Shown: positions 25,313-39,830, numbered from the stretch's first letter. The stretch is 64,000 nucleotides of DNA from the human T2T-CHM13v2.0 reference genome, Homo sapiens (GCF_009914755.1 NC_060931.1), one strand, 5' to 3'. Made by a program: numbers and translations. Notes: a model not told the origin generated them from the sequence alone.

Positions 25313-27214
25313 TAACTTATGTGGTTAGAGGATCAATATTAATGGTGACCAACAGTGATTAGAAAGAGAATATACTACTGGTCAACACCTCTTAAAATAA
25401 CTTCTATTGGAATTAATGAGAATTTTATGAATGAATTCCCCAACTGTGGTTCTGTTAAATTCCAGAATTATTTTTCTAGGGACTTGTGGTTTTCACTTGC
25501 AGTTTTTAAAACCACACTGCATCCCAGCAATACTTGATCATACTGCCAATGTGAAAGAATTCCTTGAAACTGCTAGAAATATAAATCAAGTTTAGGCATT
25601 AAAACAGTCTCAAATATATGAGATACTGTCATATTTGAGAAGAATTTGGGAGGAATAAAGGCTAGATATTTTACTTCTCCCTCTTCCATTTCAGTTTGCC
25701 AACTTCGATTTGGGTATATCAATGCATTTGCAGAAAAAATAGACTGAATCTTAAGAACAAAGCACTAAGTATTAGTGGCATTCTCAAGGAGAAAAAAGGT
25801 AAAAACTATTAAAGATATACCTTATTGAGATCCTTTATATGATAAACTAAACTTAGCTGTCTTTAAAAATATAATGTATTTGAATTCAGACCTTTCTATT
25901 TGAGTATGAAAACATATCTCAACTCATTGGAAAAGTAGCAAACATATACATTATTCCACCTAAGGTATAACTACTTGAAGGTGCCCTTCAATCGGATGCC
26001 ATAAATTATCTTGAGTATGAAGGAAATTGCAATATGAATAAACATAAATCATTAAAAATACAATCAGTCTTTTCAAGCTATGTATGAAATTGAACGAGAT
26101 AAACTATAGGGCCATATTTCAATATTGAAAGGAAACTCAGAATAATTTTTGCTGGATGGAGAATAGTGACATGCTATTATGATAAAAATTTACCCCAAAC
26201 TGCCATTAATGTCTAATATAGAGAAAAGATAGCAATTAGTATTATTAGATTGAATAAGAGAAATAAAAATGGCTGAGTGTGTGGTAGAGAAAGGGTAGAT
26301 TAAGTAAAAGGGAGCATATTTTAATTATAGGACAAATTAAGCAATGAAACAGTTGACAAGGAAAATTTACGTTCATCACTGTCAAAGTTGGCTTCAGATC
26401 TAGTAAGAAATTCTTTTAGAAAGTGTTTATAAAGGACATTGTTTACAAATTTGCCAAGTTCATGTAAAAGATAACCTTTAAGAATTCCTTGTAGTACAAA
26501 AAAAGATATCATAATCTAGTTAAATATGACTTGATATTAAAATTAACTAATCTCAAAGTTTTTTCAACTTAGTTCCAAATGTTTAACATAGCTCTAGAAA
26601 GCAAGAGTTTAAAGAGGAAAAAATAGGCTGTTTGAAGTAATACTTTTTGCATAGGAAAAACATGGTACACATGTAAGGTATTATAATAGGAAACAGAGAA
26701 GTCCATAACCTAGAGCCAATTATGGAATGACACAATTGCCTACACAAGGGGAAATGATAGATGTGTTCTTTCCAATCCATGACTGAAATACAGGATTTTT
26801 CATATGTAGAATATATGCAGGAATATATATGTATATGTGGATAAAGATATATTTATTAATTATGTAAATATAGAGAAGAAAATAATTACTCCTAGAGAAA
26901 AGAATGACTTGAAAGTATTTTAAATCCATATAAGCTGGGTCATTCCCTCCCTGTGAATCTTTCAAAGACATTTTTGCCTCTACTTCAATTTTCTTCTGTC
27001 ATTTCAATTTATAATTATAAAAAGAGAACATTGCTTAGTGGTTAGCATAATGGGATATCATGATGAAATCCTTAACAGAGGAATCTGAGACCTTGAGATG
27101 AAAAGAAATGTAAAGTACTATCTTTTAGTAATAAATGTCATAACTTAGATTGTGCCCACAGCAACTTAAAGTTTCAGTGACAGGGGACACAAGAAAAGAG
27201 CATATCATCTGCAT

Positions 27215-27665
27215 TTTTTGTAATGCTTCCAGATGCCAGGTCCTCTGCTAATTGCTGCAAATAAAAGGCAAAGACAGATACTGTGCCTGTCTTTAACAAA
27301 TGGAGGAGGCAAGTAGTGAAACCAAATTATTGGTAAATAACAACCAGGATCAGTGCCTCAGAGGAAAGATATGGAGAGCAGAGAGAGAATGTAACAGAGG
27401 GCCTAATGTCCTCTGAATAATAATGGAATGGAAGGCTTTCCTCAGGAGACTGCTGAAGTATTAAAGGTAAACCAGAAGGGTTAGGGCAGAAGATATTCTA
27501 GGCACAAGAAACTGCATAAGCAAAGGCCCTGAGTGGAGAGCGATCTTAACATATTGAAGGAAAAGAAAGAGAGGCCCTGCGGTTGGGGCACAAAAACCAC
27601 AGAGAAAGTGGAGCCAGATGAGGTTGCAGAGCTAAGCAGAACTTCAATCATGTGAGTTTTAAGGC
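27215..27665 (-). mobile_element. L2 fragment
   Basis: ATTCTAGGCACAAGAAACTGCATAAGCAAAGGCCCTGAG is a characteristic L2 3'-region motif. Confidence 0.7.
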
Positions 27666-27671
27666 TCATTG

Positions 27672-27717
27672 CATTAAAAGTAATGGCAAAAACCACAATT
27701 AGTTTGCACCAAACTAA
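27672..27717. mobile_element. Half MADE1
   Basis: CATTAAAAGTAATGGCAAAAACCACAATTAGTTTGCACCAAACTAA followed by TA. Confidence 0.8.
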
Positions 27718-28177
27718 TAAGACAAATCCAGGCTCAATTTAATAACAAGTTGAAATTCAATGGTGTTTTAATCTGAGAGATGAAATATAGTAACAGGAAT
27801 ATTTACCCATATTTCTGGTATTCAAACTAATTGTATGATAAGCATATAGATCCTGGGCCATGTTCACTGGAATCAGGGCCCAAGTTAGTGAAGAAGAATG
27901 TGGAAAACACGACCTATTAATTGCTAGGGATAAGGGTTTGCAAAGAGTAGGCTGGATTGGAAGGACATTGATCAAGGAGAAAGTGTGGACTGAGCTGTGC
28001 ATGGCTGTTAGCCTGGTAGGAAACCAGGGCACAAATTGTAGCGGGGGGACGGGGGTATAGAAAGGCAAAACACTGCTACACACACTTGGATATTTTCTTT
28101 TCCTTCCGGAAAGAATTAGTTGGAAGTGTGTTTCCTTTTGTTAATATTCTAGTATTATTTGCAAGATACCAGATGAC

Positions 28178-28614
28178 TGCATTTGGTTCCTATTGCTGGT
28201 GTAACAAATTGCTGCACCCTTAGTGGCTTAACACAACAAAAATTTGTCTTACAGTTCTTGGAGATAAAAAGTCTGAAATGGTTCCACTGGGCTAAAATTG
28301 AGGGAGGCTTCAGGAGAAAATAGTTATATTTGCCTTTTTCAGCTTCCAGGGGCTACCCACATTCCTTGGCTCCCAGCTCCGTTCTCTCATCACTTTGACC
28401 TCTGCTTCTATTGTCACATCTCCTTCTGTGCCTCCTGCCTCTTTCTTTTACTTACAAAGACCTTTGTGAGGACACTGGGCCCAGGATAATTTTCTCATTT
28501 CAGGATCCTTAATCACGTCTACAAAATCATCTGTGTCATATAAAGTAACATAGTCACAGGTTCTGGGGATTGGCTAGTGGACATCTCTGGGGGACCATTA
28601 CTCTGCCTGCCACA
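28178..28614 (-). mobile_element. Solo MaLR LTR (MLT1C/D-like)
   Basis: TG...CA ends, GTAACAAATT..CTTAGTGGCTTAA motif; perfect 5-bp TSD ATGAC (28173-28177 / 28615-28619). Confidence 0.9.
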
Positions 28615-29084
28615 ATGACATAGCCAAATTTCTGGGAATAATGGAAAAAAATTGTTCTAGTCATTCAAACCTCCCTTCTCAGAAGTAGTTGATATGAAAA
28701 CTACCTTCAGCAATAGTAGAAATCAGGAATATATATTATTTATACTTTAAATAGAATAAAAAGGAAGTGATTGAAGAAGAATGCAAAAGACTAACTAGAT
28801 TTTATCTTGTAGACAATGTATAGGTTTCTTTCAAAGGCTCAGTAGAGGAGATCTAGGCAGGACACCCTCCATAGAGTCTGAATTAGAGGGTCAGAGTTGG
28901 CAAGAAAATGTTGAAAGGGTTGCACCTTGAGAAAGGAAGGTGCTAGTCCACATGAAATCCCACTCACTGCTGGCGGTCAGTGGGTAGCCGCATGTGCTAG
29001 GCTGCATAAAGGAACAGTCACACCAAATTGAGTGCGTCTCTCTAATTGCCAATCAACCCACTGCATGTAAATTCTTTTTCTGCC

Positions 29085-29700
29085 ATTCATATATTTATTG
29101 ATCTACCCATCCAACAAATATTTCATGAGTACCACCACACTTACCACAGATTCCCTGGATATGGCAGTGAATAAAACAAGGTTTCTCCTCTCATAAAACT
29201 TATGTTCTAGATGGGAGAGAAAGACATTAGAAAACAAATAATTTGTAAGATGGTATTAGGTAGCACTAGGCTCTAAAAGGGAAAGTATTGCTGAATAAGG
29301 TAGTAGGAGGAAGAAAAGAAAAAGAAATAAGAGACATCTGAGCAGGGACGTGTGAGCAGAAACCTAAAAGAGAGAAAGAGAGTTATCTAAATGGATTTTG
29401 CAGGGACATGAGGAGAGGAGAACAAGAATCAAAAGCATCTCCTTGGCATTCTCAGCGGACACTGAGGAGGCAGTATATCTGGGGAAGAGAATGCAAGGGG
29501 ACAGTTGGAAGATAATGAGGTTAGGAAGGTGTCCTAGGGTGTGATCATGTAGGTCAAGCTTCTGGATTTTATTGTAAGGCTATTGGAACAGGGGAATGAG
29601 GAGATTTAATTTGCATCCTAAAAGGTAAGCAGCAGTTTACCAGCTACCAGGGAGGCAGGAGAGCAAGAAAAAATAATAAAGTTAGTACTTCATTGTTACA
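29085..29700 (-). mobile_element. L2 fragment
   Basis: CAACAAATATTT..GAGTACC...GGATATGGCAGTGAATAAAACA...CTTATGTTCTAG, the L2a 3' end in reverse. Confidence 0.75.
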
Positions 29701-29772
29701 GGGAGTAAGTAGGGCAGCTTTACTTCAAACTCCACTTGAAGACTGTAGTATTGAAGAGGAAAGAAAAAAAGT

Positions 29773-30133
29773 TGCCTTTGTCTATTTGTGCTGCCATAAC
29801 AAAATGCAACAGACTGGTAATTTTATAAACAATAATAATTTATTCCTCATGATTCTAAAGCATGGGAAGCCCAGGATCAAGGCACTGACCAGACTGGTGT
29901 CTGATGAGGGCAGCTCTCTGCTTCCAAAGTGGTGCCTTGTAGCTACATGTTCCAGAGAGGAGGAACATGGCAGAAGGGATAGAAGAGCAAGAGAGCACTC
30001 TCTTCAATCTTCAGCCCTTTCATAAGGGTGCTGCTCCCACTCAGGAGAATGGAGCCCTTATAACTTTTCACCTCCTGAAGGCCACACATCTTAATACTGT
30101 TGCACTGGGGACACCATCTTTCAAACCATAGCA
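29773..30133 (-). mobile_element. Solo MaLR LTR (MSTC/MSTD-like)
   Basis: TG...AAACCATAGCA ends; GCTGCCATAACAAAAT..AGACTGG motif; TSD AAAGT / GAAGT. Confidence 0.85.
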
Positions 30134-31486
30134 GAAGTGATTGTGTGCTGCTGGAGAGGAGGTGGCATTCCTCTTTAATTCTGTCCATTATTTGGAAACC
30201 TCTGTCATCAACATTCAGCTTCACTGAACAGGCTGAAAGGCATGAATGACCACACAAGCAGACAGTTGGACTTCTCCCTGGTGATGATTCACTATGGGGC
30301 ATAGAGTCTCTTCCCTGAGAGAAAGAGTAAAGCCAAAATGGAAGCAGTGGAGGCCAGGCCAAGAAAGAAGGCTAGATAAAGAAAGCTAGTCAACAGCTAA
30401 GCAACCACAGGAAACAGAATAAAAAAAAGTGTCCAGGACCAAGAATCCATTACTGGAGGAAGTACTGATCTATGAACTGCCTCAATTCTTTGGGGCACTA
30501 GAATTAACAGAAAAAAAATCCTGGTAATAGAAACTTACCCTAATCAACAATCATCCTGAAAACAAACAAACAAAAAAGATTTTGGCCATATTCAGATGTA
30601 CAGTAGTGGTACCCAGGTATGATCTACCTATATTTCTGTGGAGTAACTTTACAATCAGAGGTAAATATCTCTTATTTTTCCATAGATGACATATATTTTT
30701 AAAAGCACTAATGCCTATTATTTCATTTGCATCACAAAAGAAGAGCAAAAGTAACACTTAAGAGTTGTATTTGAAATGAAGATGTACTTAAGACAGTGCC
30801 TTTGTGGTACTTCCTAGCCCTTTGAGAAAATGTGGACAGCTTTGCGGTATCTTTCCAGAAAACATGTACAGAAAAGTTCAACTTGCATTTCAAATAAAAG
30901 ACTATTTACCCCCATATATAGACATTTACCACTGTAGTATTTTATTATATAAGGCTATAACCCTTTATTTGAAAAGATTATGACAACACTAAACATCAAA
31001 CCTTACTGAATATTGCCACAGCTCTAAAAATGGTTTAAAATTTTATAAACTAAATAGGAAAGAATAAAACAGTGTCAACAATAACAACTCCAAAATGTAA
31101 GGCCTGCAAAGGAGAGCAGTTGATGAAGAAACTAGAAATTCAGAAACTATAAACCAGAAAGTACAAAAGCTTTTTAAAAATATTTATCATGACTTTTTAA
31201 CTCCTTTTTAAAAATGTGTTCTAAGAATATAACACAATATTAATGATCATGATAACATGGAAGTATCATTTGAGTTTATTTTGATTTAGATTTCTCATTT
31301 GAGTTCTGTTTCCTTTTTAATACATAATAGGTATTTGATACATAAAAGTTTGAACAATACATAAGAATTTCTGTTTAGGATGTAAAAAGATGGAAGAAGG
31401 ATCACTCCACCTGTACAACAAAGAATATGTCTGAAAATCTACAAATCAACTTTCATTGAATATATCCAAGAACTGAGATCATAAGG

Positions 31487-31715
31487 TGATCTGGTTTAAG
31501 CATGGTTCGCTTTTCCTTACCAAAAGTCACTTTGAAATTTGACCCCAGTTTAGTGATATTGAAAGATGAAGCCTAATGGAAGGCATTTAAACCATGGGGC
31601 AGATTCTTCCTGATTGGCTTGGTGCTATTCTCATGGTAGTGAGTTCTCTGCCTGGTGAGACTTAGTTTCCACAAGAGTGGATTGTTCTAAATGCAGGATT
31701 TTGTCGCTTTCTGTG
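31487..31715 (+). mobile_element. MST-type MaLR LTR, 5' part only
   Basis: TGATCTGGTTT...TTGAAATTTGACCCCA...CATGGGGCAGAT...GGTAGTGAGTTCTC. Confidence 0.7.
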
Positions 31716-31719
31716 TGTT

Positions 31720-34661
31720 TTGATTCAAAATGAAATGATCAATGAAATTAAATCTCTAGCCATATTGACTAAGAAATGAAATTAAATCTCTAGCCATATT
31801 GACTAAGAAAAAAGAAAGAAGAGGTAGATTGCAAATGTAAGGAATGAAAAAAGGGACATCACTATAGACCCTATAGATGTTATAGAAATAATAAGGACAT
31901 ATTTTAAGCAACAATTCAACAAATTATATTCAATGAACAAATTTCATGATGACACAAACTCCCAAACTCATTCAATAAATTATGTATATATAAGACATAA
32001 ATATGTAAATCCTATATATAATTTTATTTTTACTTATATAAAAATATACTTCATATTTAATTTTATTTTTATTTTATTTGATATATAAAATTTTATTTTT
32101 GTTCTAATTGATATATAAAAACTATATTTGTGGTACAAATACTCCAAGAAAGAAAACACAAAGCCCAGATGGTTTCATTGAAAAATTCTACCAAATGTGT
32201 AAAGAAGAAATAATGCCAATTTTACATAAGCTCTCCTCAAATTTAAAAGAAGAAGGAAAATGCCCCAATTTGTTTTATGAGGTTAATATCACCTTGCTAT
32301 CAAACTCAGACATATATTAAAAGAAAGGTACAGATCAATTTTCCTCATGAAAATAAATGCCAAAATCACAATAAAATGTTAGGTAATTGAATCCAACAAC
32401 ATATAAAAATATAAATCAATAGTGTTTATTCCAGGAATGCAAGTATGGTTGAACATTCAAAAATCAACTAAATTAATATATCAAATTAACTAACTAAATA
32501 AGAAAACTACATGATGATCTCAATAGATGCAGAAAGAGCCTTAGGAAAAGATCAATATCCATTTATCATGGAAAACTTTAGACAAACTAGGAATAAAAGA
32601 CCATCCTCATCTGAAAATGGGTATATATAAAAAGAAACGTACATCTAGCACCATACTTAATAATGAAAGAGCAAATGTTTTATTCCTACAATCAGGAATT
32701 AAGCAAGGCTATCTGCCTTTATAACACCATTCAACAGAGTACTAAAATTTCTAGACAATATAATAAGACAAAACATTAAAATAAAATATATACAAGCTAA
32801 AATAAAATAAAATTTTCTTTTCCAAGAAATTCTGTTTACATAGAAAATTGTAAAGCATCTACAGGAAAGATTCTAGAACCAATATGTGAGTTTAGCAGGT
32901 CACAGAATACAAGTCAATACAGAAAAATGAATTGTACTTCTACCTTCCGCCAGTGAATAATTAGAAGTTGAAATTTTAAAAACGTACCATTCACAATAGG
33001 ATGAAATACATGAAATAATTGGATATTAATATCATAAAGTATGTGTAGGGTCTGTACACTGAAATGTAGAAAATCCTGATGAAAGAAATCAAAGACAAAA
33101 CAGAGATATACCATATCCATGGCCTGGAAAAGTCACTGTTGCTAAGATGTCAGTTCACCTGCAACTCTCCACACACTCAACACAACTTTAACAAAAAATC
33201 CAGCAGCATTTTTTAGAAAAACCAAAGATTTAATTTTAAAATTATAGGAAAATAAAAAGGCACATCTATAAGTAAATAAATAAATAAGAACAAATTTGAA
33301 GGATTCACACTACCTGATTTCTAGACCTATTATAAAATTTCAGTAGTCAAGTAATACAGTAAGAGACTATTAATAATCATGCAGATAAAGGAAACAGAAA
33401 AGAAAGGCCAGAAATATACCCACCTATTTACAGTCAATTGATTTTTCAGTAAAAATGCCAAGGCAATTCAATAAAGAAAGAAAATTTTTTTTCAACAAAA
33501 GGGCTGGGACAATTGTATACTCATATGCAAAGACAAACAAACAAAAAACACAACATCAATTTCTAACTCATATCCTATACAACAATCAACTCAAAATACA
33601 TCATAAACTAAATGTAAAATGTAAAATTCTAAGACTTCTAAATGAAAACATGAGTGAAAATATTTGTTATCTTGAGTTAGGCAAAGATTTTTAAGATACA
33701 ACACCAAAAGCAGAATCCATAAAAGAAAAAAAGTGATAAATTAGACATCATCAAACTGAACATTTCTTCTTGGGAGGACAGTGTTAAGAGACTGAAAAGA
33801 CAGAAAAGCCATAGACGGGGAAAACAAGTTTGCAAATTATATATCTGATAAAGGACTTGTAACCATTCGACATATAAAGATCCTCAAAACTCAGAAATAA
33901 GAAAGCAATGCTTTTTAAACAATGGTCCAAATATCTGAAAATTCAAATAGATTTATGAATACCTAATAAGCATATAAAATGTGTTCAATATTATTAGTCA
34001 TTGGGGAAAAGCAAATAACTATAATGTGATATTACTCTGCATTAATGTACTGGCTACAATTGTAAACAATTCAAAATGCTGACAGGGATGCTGAGTAACT
34101 GGACTATCACACATTGTTTTTGGCAACGCAAGATAGTACAGATACTTTGTAAAATAGTTTGGCAATACAATACAAAATTGAACATATACTTAATATAGTG
34201 ACCACTCTGAGGTGTTTATCCAGGTGAAATAAAAGGTTTTGTTCACACACACCAAAAAAACCTGTACATAAACTGTTACAGTGGTTTTATTCATGAATTG
34301 GAAGCAACTCCTATAGTCCTCAACTGCAGAATAAATGAACAAACCGAAGTGCATATATACAATGAATACAATTGAGCAGTAATGAAAAATGAACCACCAA
34401 TCCACACCACAACATGGATAAATCCCAAATGGATTATGCTGGGTAAAAGGAGCTAGACTCAAAAGGTTCCATGCTATATCATTTCATTTGTATGTCATTC
34501 TTTCAGAAGCAAAATATCAGGGCAAAAAGTAGATTCATGGATGCAGGCCTGGGAGCAGGCTGGGGGTTGACTACAACAGAGTTTATAGGGAGATGGAGCT
34601 GTTCTAAATCTTAATGGTTGTGGTGTTCTATGACTGCATATGTTTGCCAAACTCTCAGAAC

Positions 34662-34704
<43 letters not shown>

Positions 34705-34750
34705 ATTTTACTCTATGTAACTATGCCCTAATTTAACAAATGAGAAAAAT
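31720..34750 (+). mobile_element. Old L1M (L1MC/MD/ME-type) ORF2 and 3'UTR
   Basis: KTQSPDGFIEKFYQMCKEEIMPILHKL (RT region), ATCTCAATAGATGCAGAAAGAGC, L1M-type 3'UTR; AT-rich insert at ~31975-32120. Confidence 0.85.
34665..34700. repeat. (AC)18 microsatellite
   Basis: Direct reading of the sequence. Confidence 0.95.
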
Positions 34751-35594
34751 TAAATATTAAAAACAACCAAGTCGATTATTTTAATAATATAAATCAGAGA
34801 TGTGAACCAAAAAATGCATGTGGAAGAGACTTAAAACTATTTATTTTCAATATTATTTAGTAATAATTAAATATTCATCAGCCTGAGAATGTCGAAAGTT
34901 GAAACACACACAAAAAAACTTTTTTATAAAAGGAAATTATAACAATTATCCAAAAAATTTAGTTTATTGAGAAAAGTTCACACAGACACACACACACACA
35001 CCCCCAATGGTATATCAAGATACTTGAATATTTCATACTGTTTCTGTAATATCTTTGTACGTTGATTCTTGAGGTTTTACAACAACTTCATCCAAACATG
35101 TTTTTATCTTATCCCTGCACAGATACATAGAAGTTTCTAGTGAAGAAAGCTTAAAATGCTTTGCAAGCTAACTTCTAGGACCATCTGTTTTGTCATTAAG
35201 AGACTGGCTAGGTCATAAGATGTTTTGAAAAACAAAACAAATGCACTATACTGCAGCAAGTGTGGACTGCAATTTTTCCTGAGGCATCTTTACTGAGTAG
35301 GTCCCACTCTGAACAAAGGGATACGTCTCAGTTTGTTCTACTGCAACTAATATGTAACAAGCAGCAATTTATTTCTTGTTTGACTTTAAAAAAAATCAAA
35401 CCTGATACAGTGGGTTTAAAGGCAGTTGAAACAGAGTACATCTGGCACATAATAGGGTGGGGGCTGTTAGAGACCTCAATTCCATGACCATCTATACCAC
35501 GCATCAACCACAAGATCACAAATAAGAGTCTTAAATTTTTAGCTTCTGTTTTCTGATTTAAGAAATGGAGATTGGAAGAAGAAATTCTCATTTC

Positions 35595-35860
35595 TTCATT
35601 CATTTGACAGTTATATTTTGCATATCTACTGTGCATGCACTGAGCTACGAACATCAGCATGGGCATTTTCTGAGGCTTTCCATGGCTGTACAGAAGACAC
35701 ATTCGTCCAATAATACTACTCATAAGCAGATAAATGCTTGAAACAAGCTCAAAATATTCTGAGAGTCATAGAAAAGAGGAACTGGGCCTAGACTGGGATT
35801 GAGGCTATGGAATAAGGGGCCGGAAAGCTTTCTCTGAAGACATGATATGTAAGTTGAGAT
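35595..35860 (-). mobile_element. L2 fragment
   Basis: TTCATTCATTTGACAG..ATCTACTGTGCATGCACTGAGCTA resembles the L2 tail in reverse. Confidence 0.5.
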
Positions 35861-37199
35861 CACGCACACACACACAAAAAAAATAGGAAAGCTTGTTACC
35901 GGACAATAGGTGAGTATTGTATAAAATTGCTTATTTTGTGCTACAAGAAGAGTAAACGGTCTCCAGCACTAATGAAATGTCTGAATTTCTGATAGGCATC
36001 AAGTAAGACTAGAACTTTCTCCAGGAGCATCTGCAGCTCCTTTTAAAACTGTTGGATGCAGACAGAACACTAGGCTGTAAGTAACAACTGCAGGCTCACA
36101 CTGGAAAAAACATCTTTTCCTGAATATTGAGTCTTACTGCTTGCCCAGATCTCTCCTTTTTCAAGTCATGCAAAGCTTTTAGTAAAGGAAATTTCTCAAC
36201 ACCTAACTGGCTACAATCAATGTGTTCCACATAACTCTCCACTGTGAGGACTATAAAAATAGAATCTGAAATTTAGGCCTGGGACTCTGGGGAACAGAAA
36301 CACAGATAAGTGAGAGAAAGTGTTTCCCTTTGAATTCTGATACCTGACATTTGGACCTGAAAAGTCAGTGCAAATGACAGAAAAGTAAAGCAATGTAAGA
36401 AATGAGAGCCGCACAGGAAAATGATGTCATTAAGATTTTTTCTACTTGTTTCCTTTCTTTTTAAACATTGACCTTGTGGTTATAAGAAGATCTGGGAGCT
36501 TTTGAATACAATTTTCTACAGGTAAAGCTCATCTGTAGACCTGTTTATCACTGAGACTGCTTTGAACAAGCCAGGACTGAAAGAATCATCTCTTCTTTTT
36601 ACCTGACAAATCTGTGCACTCTGAGGGCGGCTTTCATGGAATTAGGGCAAGAGGACAAGACATGAAGCCAACGCTTAGCAGTTCGGGGTATTTGTTTCCT
36701 TTCCCCATAGTTTCCCTCAAAATTAGTAAGAGGGCCAGCTAATGCTTTCTATCACCTTCTAAGTAACCTTCACCCTTAGGTGGATTTCATCTTTACAGGA
36801 AGGAGAAATTTGCCTCCTGGTAACTTAGATCTACCTAAAAAAAAAAAAATATAGAGATTTAGAAGGGAAAGAGGTCTTTCAGGGATTCTAGTTCACACTA
36901 CACTTTTTAAGAATAAAATAATGGAACCCCACATAGATTGCACGACTTTCTCAAGACATTACTTTTGTTGCTATGGACTAAAAAATGTAATTTATGCCAG
37001 AGTGGGGATGTTGTGTGAATGATCTGTAACACGATTCTGTGGCTGTCTGCCACTATTTTAAATGATCATCTGTCAAGGAACCCAGACCACATTAATCAAG
37101 TCTTCACAAGATATTCTTCCAAGTATGTTTAGTTCTTTCCATGCCCTGGCCCCAGTTTCTCTAAACACTCATAGGTGCGTTGTTCTATCTTATTGAAGA

Positions 37200-38445
37200 T
37201 GCCAGAGTAGATTGTATTTCCCCGCGATGTCTTCCTCAGTCCTCATATCCACGTTGTTCCTCAATGTGACTTGCCACATTTCCAGGCAGAGTGGATCTAT
37301 ATTTGCCTCCATCAAATGTTGTCAGGCTTTTGATGGCTTCAATATAGATTTGATGCTGTGTGACTTCCAAGATTAGGCCTTAAAAAACAACGCAGTCTCA
37401 CCAAAGAAGTTATTAAAATGACAATTAAGCATATGAAAAGACACTTCCATCACATTTCATCAGGGAAACTGAAACAACGAGACACCACACACAACTCATC
37501 TATTAGAATGGTAAAAATCCAAAATGCTGGCAGCACTGAACGCTAGAATGGTGAGCAACAGGAACTATCATTCATTGCTGGTGGGAATGCAAAGCAGTGC
37601 AGCCACTTTGGATGACAATTTGTCAGTTTCTTACAAAACTAAGCATACTTCCTCCCATATGATCCAACATTTGAAAGTGCATGGACACACAAAACCTGCA
37701 CATGGATGTTTATAGCAGCTTTACTCATAATTGTCATAATATAGAAGCAACCACGGTGTCTTCCAACAGGTGAATGGATAAACTGTGGTACATCCAGATA
37801 ATGGAACATTCATTAGTACTAAAAAGAAGTGAGCTATCAAGCCATGAAAAGACATGGAGCAATCTTAAGTGGATATTGCTGAGTTAAAGAAGCCCATCTG
37901 TGGCAATGTAAGACATCACCGATAACAAATATGCCACTCTGGTGGGAATGTTGATGGAGAGGCAGAGATTTACGGAAACTCTTCACACTTCCTACTCAAT
38001 TTTGCCGTGAACCTAAAACTGCTCTGAAAATTACATTTATGTTATTTTTTAAAAAATAATGCATCTCCCACCTGGGTGCCCACCACTGTTTTTGGAGAGC
38101 TGAGCCACATGTAAGAAACATATATTGTGAGGAAGTCTGGGCAATATGGAGAGGCTACATGCAGTGCTCCCATCCTTACCCACAGGTCAGCCTCAGCCAA
38201 GGAGCCAGTGGACAATAGGCATCCACTGCCAGACTTGCAGGTGAGGACACCCCAGTCAGTCCAGCCTCAGCTGTTAGTCACTGAGAATTCCCACCAAGGC
38301 ACCAGAAATCACCAAGCAGAGACAAGACGTCCTTCCTGTGCCCTGCTTGAATTTCTGACACACAGTCTGGGAACACAATAAAATCATTTTTGGATGCCCC
38401 TTATCTTTGGGTGCTTTGTTTTTGCATCATTGGGAATTGGTCTAC
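37200..38445 (+). mobile_element. MLT1 (F/G/H-like) LTR split by an L1 insertion
   Basis: GATGCTGTGTGACTTCCAAGATTAGG (5' part) resumes after 38067 with GAGCCACATGTAAGAA...GAATTTCTGACACACAG...AATAAAAT. Confidence 0.75.
37400..38050 (+). mobile_element. 5'-truncated L1MC1/2-like 3' end
   Basis: CTCAATTTTGCCGTGAACCTAAAACTGCTCT 3' signature; TSD AAAAAACAACGCAGTCTC (37382-37399) / AAAAAATAATGCATCTC (38051-38067). Confidence 0.85.
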
Positions 38446-38719
38446 TTACTGAGGGGCTAACCTGGGAGAGGCAGTGCTCCGGAGAGGCTGTTTCAGATCC
38501 TAGTTTGTGGATGAGGCTTTCTGAGTCCAGCCGTCCATGAGGCACCATATGAGCTCAGGACACCAGTGAAGGCCTGTCTAGGCTTTGAGCAGCGATTTTC
38601 AACTTGTGAGGTCATAAGACACTCAAGAGAATGGTATCACTGAGTATTTTATTCTGAGATTGAGCTTCTTTCCAATAAAATGGAGACTGTCTGTGAAGAC
38701 AAAGGGATAGAAGTGACTT

Positions 38720-39830
38720 TGTAGAAGTCAACTTGTATGAGCAGAAACAAATTAACCCTCCCACCTCAATCAACTGAACAGACATAATGGAAGAAGCAAC
38801 AGCTCTCCGACATTGGACACCAGGTAGTGCAGGACAGTAATCCCTAAAGAGGAGAAATAAAACAGTGAGTCCTATAATTGCCCTGCCTCATTGCCCAGAG
38901 AGAGCTTAGATAATAACTGCAGGAGGGGCAACCGAGGCAGGGCCCTGCATTTATCTTAGTTGAGGAGATAGACTTGGAAATCCACAGAGGCCAAGACAGG
39001 TAAACAGCAAGGAGCAGTTATGCAGAGAGAGATACCCAGAGACCTGCCCTTGGCCTTCAGCTGAGTATCATCAGTGCACGTGTGTAAAGAAAGAGCCCAA
39101 GGCTGGGAAAGAAATCGCTAGAAAGGAGCAGAGAGAGAAATTCCTTCAGCTCACTCAGAAACAAGAATACTTTATGTTCCCATTAGGAAAAGCAGACACA
39201 AGACACTGGAGGGAGCACCCAGTCTTGCTAAGCATGGGAAACACCAGCTCTAAATTAAATCCACTCTTGTCCCACCATGTTGTTAAGCTCATTCTCAAAA
39301 GATCAAACTATTTCCAAGTCACTTGACTGCATCTCAGAGCTAAACTCAGAATATTTACAGGAATAAAAAAATATCCTGTACCAACAAGGTAAAAATACAA
39401 TGTCTAGAATCCAACTGAAACAACCAGACACAGAAAGAAGAATAAAAATATGACCCATATGGAGGAGAAATCCCAATACATCGAAACAGACCTAGACATG
39501 ACACAGATAACAGAATTAGTAGACAGACAGTTATTATAAGTATAATCCAAATATTCAGGAAGGTGGAGAAATACCTGGGCATTTGTCAACCAGACCTTTG
39601 GAAGGTATTTTTTAAAGTCTCAAAGTGAACTTCTAGAGATGAAAAATATGTTTGAGATGAAAAATGTACTAGATAGGATACTAGATAGGATTAACTGCAG
39701 ATTGGACACTCCACAAAAAATGATTAATCAACTTGAAGACATAGCAATAGAAGCTATCCCAAATGAAATGTACAGAGAAAAAAAAACTGAAAAAAAAAAA
39801 AAGAAACAGAGAAGCCAGAAAATTGTAAAA
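38720..39830 (+). mobile_element. Old L1M 5'UTR and ORF1 fragment
   Basis: ORF 39639-39884 (EMKNVLDRI..RLDTPQKMINQLEDIAIE) is an L1 ORF1 coiled-coil remnant. Confidence 0.7.
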
